A DNA stretch of 64,000 bases from Xylographa opegraphella (taxonomy: Eukaryota), in the NCBI GenBank assembly GCA_022813865.1, contig JALDZX010000049.1, positions 62,001 through 126,000 on the forward strand, written 5' to 3'. A model generated the notes under the pieces. That model made no database searches. It was not told where the DNA came from and saw nothing but the letters and a program-made list of their open reading frames with translations. Positions 24,827 to 37,125 of the stretch are shown piece after piece. Both the position numbers and the translations under genes were made by a program. Every line of letters begins with the position of its first letter. The first letter of the stretch is position 1.

Positions 24827-26249
24827 TCTCGGAAAGAAGACTTAAAGGAGCGAAAGAGGGCATAAGTTGGCATGCTGGCTTGCCAATATCAATGAATGCG
24901 AACGATCTCAGTTGAGGCTAGGCGTATCGCTCCTTTCGAGCCTTGCGGATGCCATCACATCAAACGCAGGCAAAAACATTGGCAACCCTCGCACCATTTG
25001 TCCATGGAGCCTATACCTTGCTCGAACATACAAGACATCGCAGCCCCAGCCTGGAACTGCTGAACCTTGAACATTCTCGGATGACGTGACCAGTCTTGTC
25101 GAGATCAATCAAATCAACATCGTGAGGTGTAAGGCCTTACATGATGTCAGGATATGTGACTGAAGGATTGAATGCAACCGCTCAAGGGCTGAGGTGGTGG
25201 GTGTGACTAGACATTGAGAAACGGAGATGGAGCTGGATAGAGAGCGGTGCATACAGGTGGGTGTGTGGTGTGGAAGCGACACGGAAGGGCGAGGTAGGCG
25301 AGGTAGGGTTGTTCCCGGGAGTTCCCGGGAGGTTGACGGAACACGGGAGTTCCCAACGCCGTGCATTCGTTGGCAGAATACAAAAGTAAGGTTACTTGAT
25401 GGTGAAGTATCGAGGCCTCAGGCAACTTCTGATCGCCCTTTTCACGGCGCTGCCTCTCGTTCATTTGTGCGCCTACCTCAGGCAATTCAGCGCTCCGGCG
25501 GCAGCCTACTACGCAGTAGTCCTTGCGGCGCATAACGTTTCAATCCTTCACTATGCAATGCGCGCATGAGGCAAAGGTACATTATGTACGACACATGGTT
25601 TTCGTGGGCCCTCTCCATGCAAATGCCTTCTCTCGTTTGAAGCACGAGAGCACATATTCTTGCTTTTGGCCGGGGAACCTCAGTTTACATTTATGCCTGA
25701 TACGACTCACACACCTATTCTGTGGCTGTTCGTCGTACAGGACGCACGGTTTGAACAGCGATTTGAAAAGGGTTGAAATTAATGAGCTTCAATTTGATGC
25801 CGAACGTCTTTCATATACGTAGAATTCGAACTTCGATCACGACGTTAGGCTACAAGCTTCGCGAGTACAGGTACAGTATTCCTATCTTACAATGAACATT
25901 GTAACGAAAGACCCTGAAAACCGTGGGATTCCATTTGAAAACGGTCGGATACTTGCTTGGTCCCGAATGCCAATATTCATGTGCAGCACCGTGCTTTCAG
26001 CTGCAACCCCGCTCCATGCCTGTGAATACAACATGTGCAGCTGATGGCTTCATTGACTGAGAATCCTTCGGATTCCTGTCAGAGGGTGCGCTCGGGTCTC
26101 AACGATTACTGTTTTGGCGAAGTCTATTCACGGCTGTTCTTCGTGTCTCCTGCCTCGCTCGTTATTCGTCTCCATGTGAATGCATTCACTGTTACTTACC
26201 ATAAACCCACTCAAAAGTCCCCCAAGACCATTTCTCGTCAACTGACAGT

Positions 26250-27355
26250 ATGGCGGACCAAGCTTTCGATGCCAATATGTTCACCTTGCCCTTTCAGCTT
26301 ACGAAACGCATGCATCGTGATCTTTACCCGGCCGTTCAACCTACTAATCCAGCCTTGTCCGCCAAAGGCAAGGTCGTCGTTATCACTGGGGCCGGTGGAG
26401 GTCTCGGAGCAGTGAGTCTCGGATGCCTTAACAACTCGTGGACTCAGTCCAAAGCCAACGTCTTTACCCCAGGCAGTTGCGAAGGCGTGGGCTCAAGCTG
26501 GCGCGGCCGGCGTCGTCCTCGTCGGCCGCAAAGCTGAAACGCTCAACCTCACGGTCCAAAACCTTGCCAACGTCTCCAAATCCATTCCGATCTTGGCCGA
26601 GCCCACAGATGTCTCAGACGAGTCCAGTGTGAAGTCGCTGTTTGTCAAAGTGAAAGCCAAGTTCGGCACAGCGCATGTCTTGGTCAATTGTGCAGGTAGC
26701 ATGGGTGAAGGGATGGTTGGCGACGTGCCTGTGGCGCTCTGGTGGGCCGATTTTGTAAGCATTCTCATCCGTGGTGGTCCGTAAGACTTGCTTCTAATCA
26801 GCCGCCTTTGAACAGGAGACCAATGTCAGAGGCACCTTTCTCCCGATTCAGTCTTTCATCCAGAGCTTCGGCGGTGAAGGAACGATCATCAACCTCATCA
26901 GCACTGCCGTTGCGATGGCCGTTCCTGGTATCAGCTCCTACGCGTCCAGCAAGCTCGCCGTGATCAAATTAGTTCAGGCCGTGAGCCTCGGTACGTACAA
27001 ACGCTTCAGTCGTGCCCACTCCTTTCCGACTGCACACTTACCGAACCCAGAATATCCCAATATTCGTGTTTTCTCCCTCCATCCCGGCATCGTCGAAGCT
27101 GCCGATCGCGGGATGGTCGTCGACGCCTTCACGCCCTTCGCGAAGGACACGCAGCCGCTCACAGGCGGCGTGTCCCTTTGGCTGGCGACGCCCAAAGCCG
27201 ACTTCCTCAAAGGCGGCTTCTTCAGCGTCAATTGGGACGTTGACGAGATGGAGGCTCACGCGTCGGAGATCAGTGGAGATAAATTGACCGAGCTAGGTTT
27301 CCTCAACGCGAAACTAGGCCCTGAAGGACATCCATGGGGCGATTCGGTCGGCTGA
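26250..27355 (+). CDS. short-chain dehydrogenase/reductase (classical SDR), 4 exons
   Basis: VVITGAGGGLG, LVNCAG, YASSK (YxxxK), FSLHPG, VNWD. Confidence 0.9.
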
Positions 27356-27924
27356 GCCGCTGCGTTGAGTTGGTTTTGAAACCACGGTTTCACCAGAATT
27401 GATGATAGCTGTGATCGGCATTGAACATCTCATGCTTTGAGTGGGAACTACACAAACAATCATGATTCTTGTTATACAACCCTGGTTTGCCTCCATGACC
27501 CCGTGGAGGGCAAACCGATCTTTATTCCTGTCAGCTTGCCTGAGCTGCCACCAAACAGGTCGACCAAGATTGTGAAAGGTAAACGATAAGTCTGTTACCC
27601 CCTAAGCGGCCACGCAATGATGCATCAAAATTGTCCACGTTTGAATGCAACGACGGAAGCGCTCTCCTTCCTGCAATCCTGCAACATGAACAGCCACTGG
27701 AGCGTAAGCGTTCACTATCAGTGGTGCGAAAATTGATATTTACGCGTCAGACTCAAAGGCTTCCTCAAATAAAGTATAAATAAAACTGTGGTGCAGGATA
27801 GGGTCACAGACGTTGGACACGTTAGAAATCGAGGACTATGTATAGGTCGTACGTGCTTACGCATAAACCTAGTGTTGCATTGGTTTATCATCCGTAAGTT
27901 TGCGATAGCAGCCTCCCAGCTCAT

Positions 27925-29248
27925 TCAGACTGGCGGTGGATTGGCCTTGCCGGTCAGAATTCGCTGGCCCTCGACTCCGTCCTTCCACGATTCCCGCCTC
28001 AGCATGCCGAATTTCTTCTCCAACCACTCCCGACTGGTGTATACCTCCGTTCCGTTCGCCGCCTCGGTTCCAGTTCCCGGCAAGGCTTCCATCTTTACAT
28101 CGTCCTCGGCACGTTGTAGATAGACGATACTGTACCTCTCCTCCATGGCCCGACCTGGTAGAGGGCTCACGCGATGGACACAGGAAGATAACAACCCTCC
28201 CGTTAGCATATTGAGTCCTGGATGTGCCTCTCATGTCAGCGGCCTTGCTCTGATCACTTGAAAATTTTAGACATCGTCGATAAAGAAACGCCGAGACTCC
28301 AATGTGATAAAGTAGGAAAATTGAGCGCTGAAAATACATACCGTCTCCGATATTGACGATAGCACAGTATTTTTTTGGGACAACATAAGCCCAATTTGTG
28401 CTGCGTGGAGGCATCACCTGAAGTCCGGGTATCTTAGAGAAGAGTAGCGATAAGGATCCAAGGTCCGTGTGAGGGGTCTGGGGGACGCCAGTCTCAGAAG
28501 AAGGTTGAGGGAGATAGTGAAGAAGACGGAGGATGTCTGAGGAGGAGGCGCCACTGCGATGGAGATTCGTGAGCCATGCATGCGGTGGAAGCTTTAGCGA
28601 CGAGGAAAGGGAGGAAAGAAGCAGAGCAAGGATCTGGTGGGTCTGACTGAAAAAGGCGATGAGAGACGGAAGGCGCCTCGTCAATACGGAAGGACGGGCG
28701 AACGAGAAGTTCAAGTGGGCTTTTCCTGGAATCTATGGAAATTCAGTAGATGAGACTGGAAATGACATAAACATCGAGAGGACTTCGGGTAATAAAATGG
28801 TCGACTACCGCATAACTTTCAAAGCCGTCACGGTTACCGTTGATACCTGATCGTGTTATCTCTTCGAAGATGCAAGAGAGATTTTTGCAACTACTCACCA
28901 CCAAAGTTGCGGCCGACGGGCTTATATCTGAGCAGGATCCATTAGTCGCATTGATATGGCAAGATAGTCAAACGGCGAAGTCTATTACCCATTGAGCTTT
29001 AATGTACTGAGCTTATCGACGTCGTACTGCATTTTCTCTTCGTCGCTCAAGTCAAACAGCTCTGTTGCAAGATCGAAAACCTCGTCAACGGTGTCGATTA
29101 TTCCTACAAAACGCCGGTCTTGAAGATTGAGATAGAAGATGCCATCTTCCTTAGCAGCCTCGAAGAGCTTGGCGGCTTCCTCCTCGTCTCCGTCGTTGAG
29201 ACGTCCAATGTCGATAATCGGCATATGTGCGATAGAGCCGATCTCCAT
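27925..29248 (-). CDS. 2-oxoglutarate/Fe(II) dioxygenase (DIOX_N + 2OG-FeII_Oxy, IPNS-like), 5 exons including 2 short ones
   Basis: MPIIDIGRL...GIFYL; short exons YKPVGRNFG and GINGNRDGFESYA; LRLLHY, PHTDLGSLSLLF (HxD), VNIGD, HRV, RYS. Confidence 0.9.
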
Positions 29249-29299
29249 GGTATTGTCAAGCGGATTCGATGCAGCGCTCGGGGTCGAGTCGTTGCTCAC

Positions 29300-29530
29300 A
29301 AGGATAAAGTGAGGGCCATCACTGGACCACGTTCGTCGGACTATTCCACGACCTATTCGTTGCGGTAGAAAATATTAGATGATCCTGGACGATCGAGTCC
29401 TTTATAGAGTACCTCCCGGGCACTTGATAAGGCATTTGCCCTTGAGAGTCTCCGCAAGAAACTCTTTCAAGGTACCTCATCAAGGCGTAGTCTGTGCATG
29501 AGATAAGGCGATAGGATCAGCTTTATCAAA
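29300..29530. promoter_or_regulatory. GATA-site cluster in the divergent dioxygenase/monooxygenase promoter
   Basis: GATAA/GATAG/TTATC at ~29304, 29426, 29502, 29510 and 29523 in a ~500 bp divergent spacer. Confidence 0.4.
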
Positions 29531-29744
29531 AGAAGCCCTTTTCCACCGCTTTCGTCCATGCGCCCCTCACTCCTGCTAGTTGCAGGCAACAAGGGTAGTA
29601 AGGTACCCAATCAATGACATCCAGCTCGCACCTTTTCAATCTGCCAACCTGTGATTAATCACTCGTCGGTGATACATTTGACCAAAATTTCAAACTTCGA
29701 ACGGTCTCGGATCGTCCATCCATGTTACTACTTTCTTTGCCAGC

Positions 29745-31226
29745 ATGAGCTCTACCATGGACCGTCCTAACTGCCATGTTCTCATCATTGGGGCAGGACT
29801 CTGCGGTCTTGGAGCAGCTATCTCGATCGCCTTGGCGGGTCACCAAGTATCGGTCTTTGAAAGCGCACCTCAGCTTCATCCCTTCGGAGCTGGGATCCAA
29901 ATTACTCCAAACGGGGTCCGAGTTCTTCGAAGATGGGGTGTCGCCGAAGAACTCGTGTCAAAGGCGGCTACCCCAGAATCCCTCTCTATTATTCGCTATG
30001 ATGGACAGAAAGTGTTGGCGTACAGAAGTGATTACGGTAAAGAGATTCAAGACAGGTACGGAGAGCCAATTTGGTGTCTCCATCGCGTCGATCTGCAGAG
30101 AGCTTTAGCAAGAAGGGCTGAAGAGCTTGGTGTCCATTTGAATTTTAATTCGCGCGTTTGTAAAGTGGACTTCGAGACGCGGACCATATTTTGTGAAAAT
30201 GGTCGTATTAGTCAGGGTGATTTGGTAATAGCAGCTGATGGTCTCTGGTCCTCTACGCGAAGTTCCTTTTTCGGGAGACCTATGCTCCCTCAGCGGACCG
30301 GTGATCTCGCTTATAGGATTGTTTTGACAGCAGATCAGGTCGAGGGAGATGAAGAGCTTCGTAATGTGATAACTCGCCCTGGAATCCGTATCTGGATGGG
30401 GCCGAGAGCTCATGCTGTGGCTTACAGTCTCCTCCGTGGTCAAATGTTAAATATCGTGCTTTTGGTTCCTGATGATTTACCACATGACATAGCGAAAGCG
30501 GAGGGAGATCTCGGAGAAATGGCGAAGCTGTTTGAAGGTTGGGATCCGTTGCTCATAAAATTCCTATCACACGTTAAGAAAGTCGACAAGTGGCGACTGA
30601 TGTATCTTCAACTTGATGAGCAATGGCGGTCCGAGCAAGGCGAATTCATCATGGCTGGGGATGCATGCCATACAATGCTTCCGTACCTGGCCCAAGGGGC
30701 CAATTCGTGAGTAATCTTTGACCTTATCCGTCCTTGTGCTGCATCAAGGCGCAAGTCGCTATACACGTAAAGTACAGAAACGAGAATGCTGATTTGGGGA
30801 ACAACTTTAGAGCTCTTGAGGATAGTGCTAGTATTGGGACTCTGCTGGGGAAGATCGACTCAAAATCCCAGGTTCCAGAGGTGACAAGGATATATCAAGA
30901 AACCAGAAAAGAGAGAGTCCTCAGGATTCGAGAAGAGACATTCAGACATCAGGAAGAGTTTCATCTCGCAGACGGAGAACTACAAGAGACTCGAGATAGA
31001 CAATTGGCAATGTCGTTCGAGGCTCAAGATGGAGAGGGCCTCTGGTGAGCACTTGATCCAATATTGAATGATGAGAGTTGCCTCTGACCAGCGGGACAGG
31101 ACACATCCAAAGATTCAGCCGTGGCTATTCGGATACGATGCATGTAAGGAGGCTGAAAGAGCGTGGGACACCAAGATCTTATCCCATGGCATGATGAAGA
31201 GTGGTGATGAAGCCACTATCCCCTAA
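29745..31226 (+). CDS. FAD-dependent monooxygenase (salicylate hydroxylase/OpS4-like, group A), 3 exons
   Basis: IIGAGLCGL, GAGIQITPNG, HRVDLQ, AADGLWS, GDACHTMLPYLAQGANS|ALED; last exon HPKIQPWLFGYDA. Confidence 0.93.
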
Positions 31227-31563
31227 GACCGCTTTCGTTGTCTTCTGGTACATTATCGTAGTTCAATGGTGGACAGAGCTTACTTTTGTGTACCGTGTAC
31301 CACAGTACGAGGAGCTACACATATATATATATATATTACCTTACATTAGTGACTCACCGCTATTTGAGACGGTACGTACACAGTTAGCTCACGGTACTTT
31401 AAGAACGTTTCATTCCTTTCCGTCATCCGGCTCACCCCGCTAAATCGGCTAGCGCACAGTAGATTTGTGTTCTCTTTACGTGCCAAGATTTCGCGCCGTT
31501 GGCACACAAATTACTTTAATTTCGTCTGTTTATACCACGTTCAGCACCAAGATTCTCCCAGCA

Positions 31564-33364
31564 ATGAAGAGCTTTGCTTCTACAACTTTACCTACCAGGG
31601 CTGCCAAGCGGGAAGCTGACCTTGATCTGGCTCTGAATCCCAAGAGAGCTCGACATGGCGTAACTCCCGGTGCGGAAGATGCAGAAGGCACGATTTCGGA
31701 GTCTGGAAGTTTACAACGTCAATCGCTAATCCTATGTACCAGATTCGACAGCCTTTGAAACATCCCAGGTAAACGAGAGTAGCAGTTCATCTGAGGATGA
31801 AGCTGAGCTAAACACTACTTCGACGCCATTGAGTCCCATTTCATCAAAGCCCTCGCCTCCTATTCCGTCGGCGCTCAAGACCAAGCATTGCCCCTATCCT
31901 GATTGTCCGAAATCTTTCAATCGTCAAGTGCGTCTTAATGAGCACCTTCGCTCTCATACAAATACCCGTCCATACGTATGTCCACATGCAGAGTGTACCA
32001 AAGCCTTCATACGAAGCACGCACTTGAAGCATCACTTAAAGTCCGCACATTCCGATATACGAGATTATGTGTGCGCATATGATGGGTGTGACAAAAAGTT
32101 TGCTACGGGAACGAGGTTGAAGAGGCATCATGCAGCTCATGAGGGTAGGGAGAAACATAAATGCACAGTGGCTGGTTGTGGACAGACTTTCAGGAAGCAC
32201 AATACATTACAGGCACATCTCTCTTCTATTCACGAAGGGAAGAATCCATTTGTGTGCGAGGAAGCCGACGAAGATGGGACCATCTGCGCAAGATTCTTCG
32301 ATACGGCATTCAAATTGAAGAACCATAAAAGCCGGAATCATATGGGAGACAAGTTTTACTGCACAATCTGTAGCGAAAGAAGCGCCATCGCTATAGATGG
32401 TGATAGTCAGAAGCCTGAAATGGGGTTTTTGACTTACAATGCCTTGATTGCTCACAATAAAGAAGTTCACCCCCCGATGTGTTCTCACTGTGGTCTTCAG
32501 TGTGCTACAAATCATTCACTAAGAACTCATCTCGAGGTACAACATGGTACCCTCCAGCCTTCTGACCAGAAAACGCACTTTTGTTCGGAAACCGGATGCG
32601 GCCGAGGCTTTACCAAACGAGGCAACCTTCTCGTACATATCAAGACCGTTCATGCGAATGAAAGAGCTTTTGTTTGCGGCACTACTGAATTAAGCTCACA
32701 TTGCAAGGTAGAAGGTTGGGAAGGAACGGATGCCTGTGGAAAAGCCTTTACCACCAAAGCAAACCTCGTGGAGCACATTCGCACTGCTCACTTAGGCTTG
32801 GATCATTCGAGGAAAGGTAAAGCCAGCTCCAAGAAGGTCAACGACCCAAAGAAAAACCAGAAAGCTTCGACCCTTGGTCGACTTTCTGGCACGGCCTACA
32901 ATGAAGAATCCCACCGCAACATCACTTGTCTACGGTCCAATTGTGATTTCCGCTTCAGCCGTGAATATGATCTTGAGATCCATATGCAGAGCAAACATGG
33001 TCTGGCAGACTATGAGATACAACTTCTTCGAGCCGTACGAGATGGACACCTTCGCAGCACTTCGGGGTACACCCTCACCTCCGAGAGGGACAGTGCGGAT
33101 ATTGAAGCGGAGCGAGCGTTGGATGAACAATTCGGAATGACGAGCATGAATGAGGTCGATGATGAAGAGAGAAGGAGGGACTTAGTCGAAGATCTGGATG
33201 AAGCTGCTGCTCGAGGGGGCCAGTTCTGGCTTGGGGGACCCTTCGATGAGAGCAACATGGGGGACAATTGGGACGCGGAAGAACAGGACATGCGGCAACT
33301 TATTGGGGACGAGGGCGATATGGATGACGATGATGAAATGGTGATCGACCCGTCATTACTCTAG
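31564..33364 (+). CDS. PZF1: transcription factor IIIA (multi-C2H2 zinc finger, 5S rRNA transcription)
   Basis: About 9-10 tandem C2H2 fingers beginning CPYPDCPKSFNRQVRLNEHLRSHTNTRPY, acidic tail; short first exon from ATG 31564, acceptor at 31742; divergent from RPB6. Confidence 0.82.
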
Positions 33365-34058
33365 GAGGATTGAGGTGGCAATGGCACAGTGCTCAGATCT
33401 AGCGACTTGGTCCCGGTATGCTCCAGTATAGCTAGTTTGCTACCGTGCCTACCTTACCTTAGTCAGTGCCTCAAAGCTCAAGCAATCCAAACTCAAAGAC
33501 CGGGGTTCGTGGTACGACTCGTGGATAAGAATGCCATTATGCCCTGTATCTTACCAAACATCTTGATATTCTATAACATCCTTCAAGGACCTCAAACGCC
33601 CCAGGGTGGCCATGTCATGTCCCTTTATTGTGCAGGCCTTCATCTAGCACCGTGTGACTACATCGTGACTTCAAGGCGAATGGCCACGGTGACAGTGCTT
33701 GGATTGAGTGATATCAGCGCGCGAAAACATTGGCCTACATTTTGAGTACACAGCACCAATGGACCAGAAGGCACTTTGCTCTGAAGCGAAGAGTGAGGTG
33801 AAGTTTGGTCTTCAGCTCGTGGTGCTTCAGCTCCAACTTCTGACGTGCGCTTCCTTCGTGCTCCGGTAACTTACCATGCGTGAAGAACCCCGAGAGGCTC
33901 CACCGCGTCCGCTGCAGATCCGACCGAAGTAGCCATCGACGGAAAAGAGGAGTAGCATCAAGCTCCACCCACGAACAACCCGCGAGATCTACAATCCCGT
34001 TCCATCTGATTAAGACAAAACCTAACGATAAGCCGAACCCATGACCGGCACAAGCCAC

Positions 34059-34778
34059 TTAGAGACTACCAGTAGAGAACATTGCGACCTCATCAGGAAT
34101 TCTGGACTCCGGAAGCCCACCCCCAAAATTCGACTCCGCGGGACCATCGGTTGTTTTCAAACGCACCGGAAGCTTCGTCTGCAGTGACTGCCTCGTCTCC
34201 TTGTCGAAAGGGTTCTTCACTTCGGGCTTTATATGCTCCCACTCTTTCCTTGGAGCTCCATCGCTCACCACCTCTTTCTGGTCCGTATGGTCCCAGTCCA
34301 TCTCCTCCGGATCGCTCAACAATATAAACTCGATCTCTTTTAAGAAATCCTGTACCTTCCGAGACAGCAGTGAACCTTCGGAGATGAGAGCCCGGACCTT
34401 GCTGTGGGGTTTCGGGCTGTAGATATCACGGTAGAGGGCTCTGGATCCGTTATTGGGACGAGAAGGTGCCGTGTACGAACGTTGGTGGCGTACGGTGCTG
34501 GTTGTGCTACTGCGGCGATTGCGTGGATTGGAGTGGGATTGTCGGTATGACCTCCTTGACCTAGAGGATTGGGCTCCGTGACGGATATAATTATGGTTCG
34601 GGCGTGTGGTTTGTGGTTCGGAATTCTGTCTGGGAGCTCTATTGTTGGCCCTTCCTCCCTGGATACGAGGGGCCCACCAACCGCGGCCGAAGTGGGGAGA
34701 TGCCAAATTGTGTGCAGGCATCTGGTTGTCATGTCGTGCCCGCCTTTGAGTTACGGGGTTTCCGCGACCTCCAGGCAT
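34059..34778 (-). CDS. hypothetical protein (Arg/Ser-rich N-terminus, PEEMDW motif)
   Basis: 239-aa intronless ORF with good ATG context; no family recognised. Confidence 0.6.
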   Translation of the reverse strand: MPGGRGNPVTQRRARHDNQMPAHNLASPHFGRGWWAPRIQGGRANNRAPRQNSEPQTTRPNHNYIRHGAQSSRSRRSYRQSHSNPRNRRSSTTSTVRHQRSYTAPSRPNNGSRALYRDIYSPKPHSKVRALISEGSLLSRKVQDFLKEIEFILLSDPEEMDWDHTDQKEVVSDGAPRKEWEHIKPEVKNPFDKETRQSLQTKLPVRLKTTDGPAESNFGGGLPESRIPDEVAMFSTGSL

Positions 34779-35471
34779 GGCAGCGAGATTCAGTTAAGGT
34801 TGATGGTGTAGTGAAGAGAAAGGGTTGTTTCGAAAGCGCACTCTTGTGTTTGACAATATATCTAGAGACATCTATGACTTTTAGAAGTATCTGGAGATGA
34901 TGTTGGATCTTCGGAGGGTAAGAGCTTGTTCTGGAAGCATTAAGCGTCGAGGGTTGAAGCACATGGCAGGCACCAGAAGGCGGACTTTCCATGGCGAAAT
35001 AAGCTATCGCTGTGATGGACAAAAACAAAAATTCAGCTAGATAATCGCCGTCAGGTATTTTGGAGCATTCTAATCCTCAAATAGAGCATGAGAATGATGA
35101 GGCCGGTACGGAGTATCTTAGGGTTTAGCCTTGTTAAGCGAGAACGATGCATGTCACGTGGCGTTCCTTTTTCTGTATGTTTTGGAAAGAGCTGGAGTCG
35201 TACGGAAGTTTTCTGGCTGGAACTTTGCGACTTGTGAGAAATACGAGTCTGTATCGCCAGATGACCAGGGAACGGATGTTTACACTTGCATTTGGCGAGC
35301 ATGCTTCAGGTAGACAACGCAGACGAGCGACACCGTCGGATGGGGCGACATACGAAGAACTCGCCAGGGGTTTCGCTTTCTCGGTCGTGAAGGATATATT
35401 TATGGCGTGGAAGGACACTTTGAGCCGGGACAGTCGAATTCCCCGTTGCACCAAAAATTCCAGGCCGTCTA

Positions 35472-37125
35472 TCACAAAGCAAGGATCTCGTTTGCTTTTT
35501 CGATCGCTAATCTTCCGCCGATCATATCTTCCTTCTGGGTAGCGCTCAACCTTTCCAATCCGATCGCCTGCATTCCTTCACGTTGTGCGTACCTAGAGAG
35601 GTAGTCGCGCGTAGGACGTCCGATGTGCTCGGACTCTCCCTTGCCACCAGGAAAGTCAGGACCAGGAAATCCGTTGAGAAAGGCGTCCCGTTGTCGGACG
35701 AGATACTCCGCATTAGTCTCCGTGACGGGACAGACAGGTATGTAAAGCACGCTCGAGTCTGATTTGCCTGCGTGAATCTTGTCCACAGCATGAATAGCTG
35801 AATTGACAATGTAAGTTACAATTTTGTTTGGAATGATGGACTATAGTGTAAGGAGTCGCTTACTATCGCAGTGCCAGACAACATAGTCTCCAGGCTTGAT
35901 CTGAGGGACGTGTACCATCGTTTTTGACAAATCCAAATGAGGGTGCAGTTCTTGGCTCAATTCTTGGGCGTGTCCTGGATTTGCGCCATGGAGCTCACTG
36001 GTAATTTCGTGGCCAGTCTTCAGCGTCCAATTATCAGAGCGTATATATTCGGTTATGCTCTTGTTTGAGGTCGATGAATCAAGTTGCTTAATCGGCGCAA
36101 AGAATGGCCGGAGCAAGAGGTATGCGGTTGACAGTTGCAGAAGTGGGTTAACCATAAGAGTGCCTTCTTTGGGGCCAGTAGACGACATGCTTAGCCAGCC
36201 CTGGAACATCCGGAACATCGAGCACGCGCCAACACCATTATACAAGTCACTGACCGCAGGAATTCGAGTGCTCGCTTCCCATGGATCGTACTTCTCCCAC
36301 TCACCCTGCCAGATCTTGTCGTAGACACCGCCAATGCCATATCCTTCAGGTTCCCACCGCTCGAGACTACCGCCGTCGATATGAGGACCGAGAGCAAAAC
36401 CTGAGTCTCCAGGTTGCCTGATACGAACCCTATCCGCATATGCTAGTGGATGTGAAGTGGAAATAACTGCTTCCTCGTGGTCCGAGTGCCACAGTTTCAT
36501 CAAGAAGCGTTGAGCTGCAATCAGATTAGGATGAGCACGAGCTCGAATTTGGGATGGAGACCAATATAGCTCAAACACTGCTGGATTGGTACTGGGAAAA
36601 GCTGCAATGTAGGAACATAAGTCTAGGTTTAGCAATCAGGAAGAAACTGGGGTATTGCATGCCTTTGGTCCAGGGATTTGCCTTGATATACTCCTCGACA
36701 ACGGCCTTGTACTCACGCGCTTCACTTTCAGGAACGACACCTCTGACAACCGCCACACCTCTCTTCTTCACCTCTTGAACGAAACCTTGAGCCGGGTTAC
36801 TCAAGTCTGAAAAATCGATCTGTGGAACCACCCTCGGACCCCGCTGAGAGATCTCCGCATTCTCAACAATTAGTCTTCCTAACAGCAGCTGCCAACTGGC
36901 TCGAATCGCAGTCTCGTTTCCAGAGATCAGCTGGCGTTTGATATCGGCAAATCGCTCGGGCAATGGGGCCGAAGGGCTTCCTGATAGAGAAACAAAGACG
37001 GAGGATATATCTCCTTCTTTCTTTTGTGGTATGCTACGAGTGGTGACTGAGCAGATTGATCGAGGTCTCTTTCGGAGGAGATGTGCGGCCGTAGCCTGCA
37101 GAGTAGATTTCATTGAAGCAATCAT
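35472..37125 (-). CDS. DUF1479 (YbiU/Gig2-like) dioxygenase-fold protein with mitochondrial presequence, 3 exons
   Basis: KEGDISSVF, LYWSPSQIRARAHP, YADRVRIRQPGD, GPHIDGGSLERWE, FRMFQGWLS, WHCD, SSVLYIP, PGPDFPGG. Start is ATG 37125 or 37113. Confidence 0.9.

Noticed and set aside
15594..31226. Canonical dikaritin/ustiloxin-type RiPP cluster
   Set aside because: No DUF3328/UstYa gene and no repeated core peptides; kept only as a looser hypothesis.
13500..31560. Starship or transposon as carrier of the island
   Set aside because: No tyrosine-recombinase captain, transposase, LTR/TIR or target-site duplication visible.
31670..31742. Possible GC-AG first intron in TFIIIA (AG|GCACGA at 31688)
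   Set aside because: A canonical GTGCGG donor at 31670 gives the same phase; cannot be decided from sequence.
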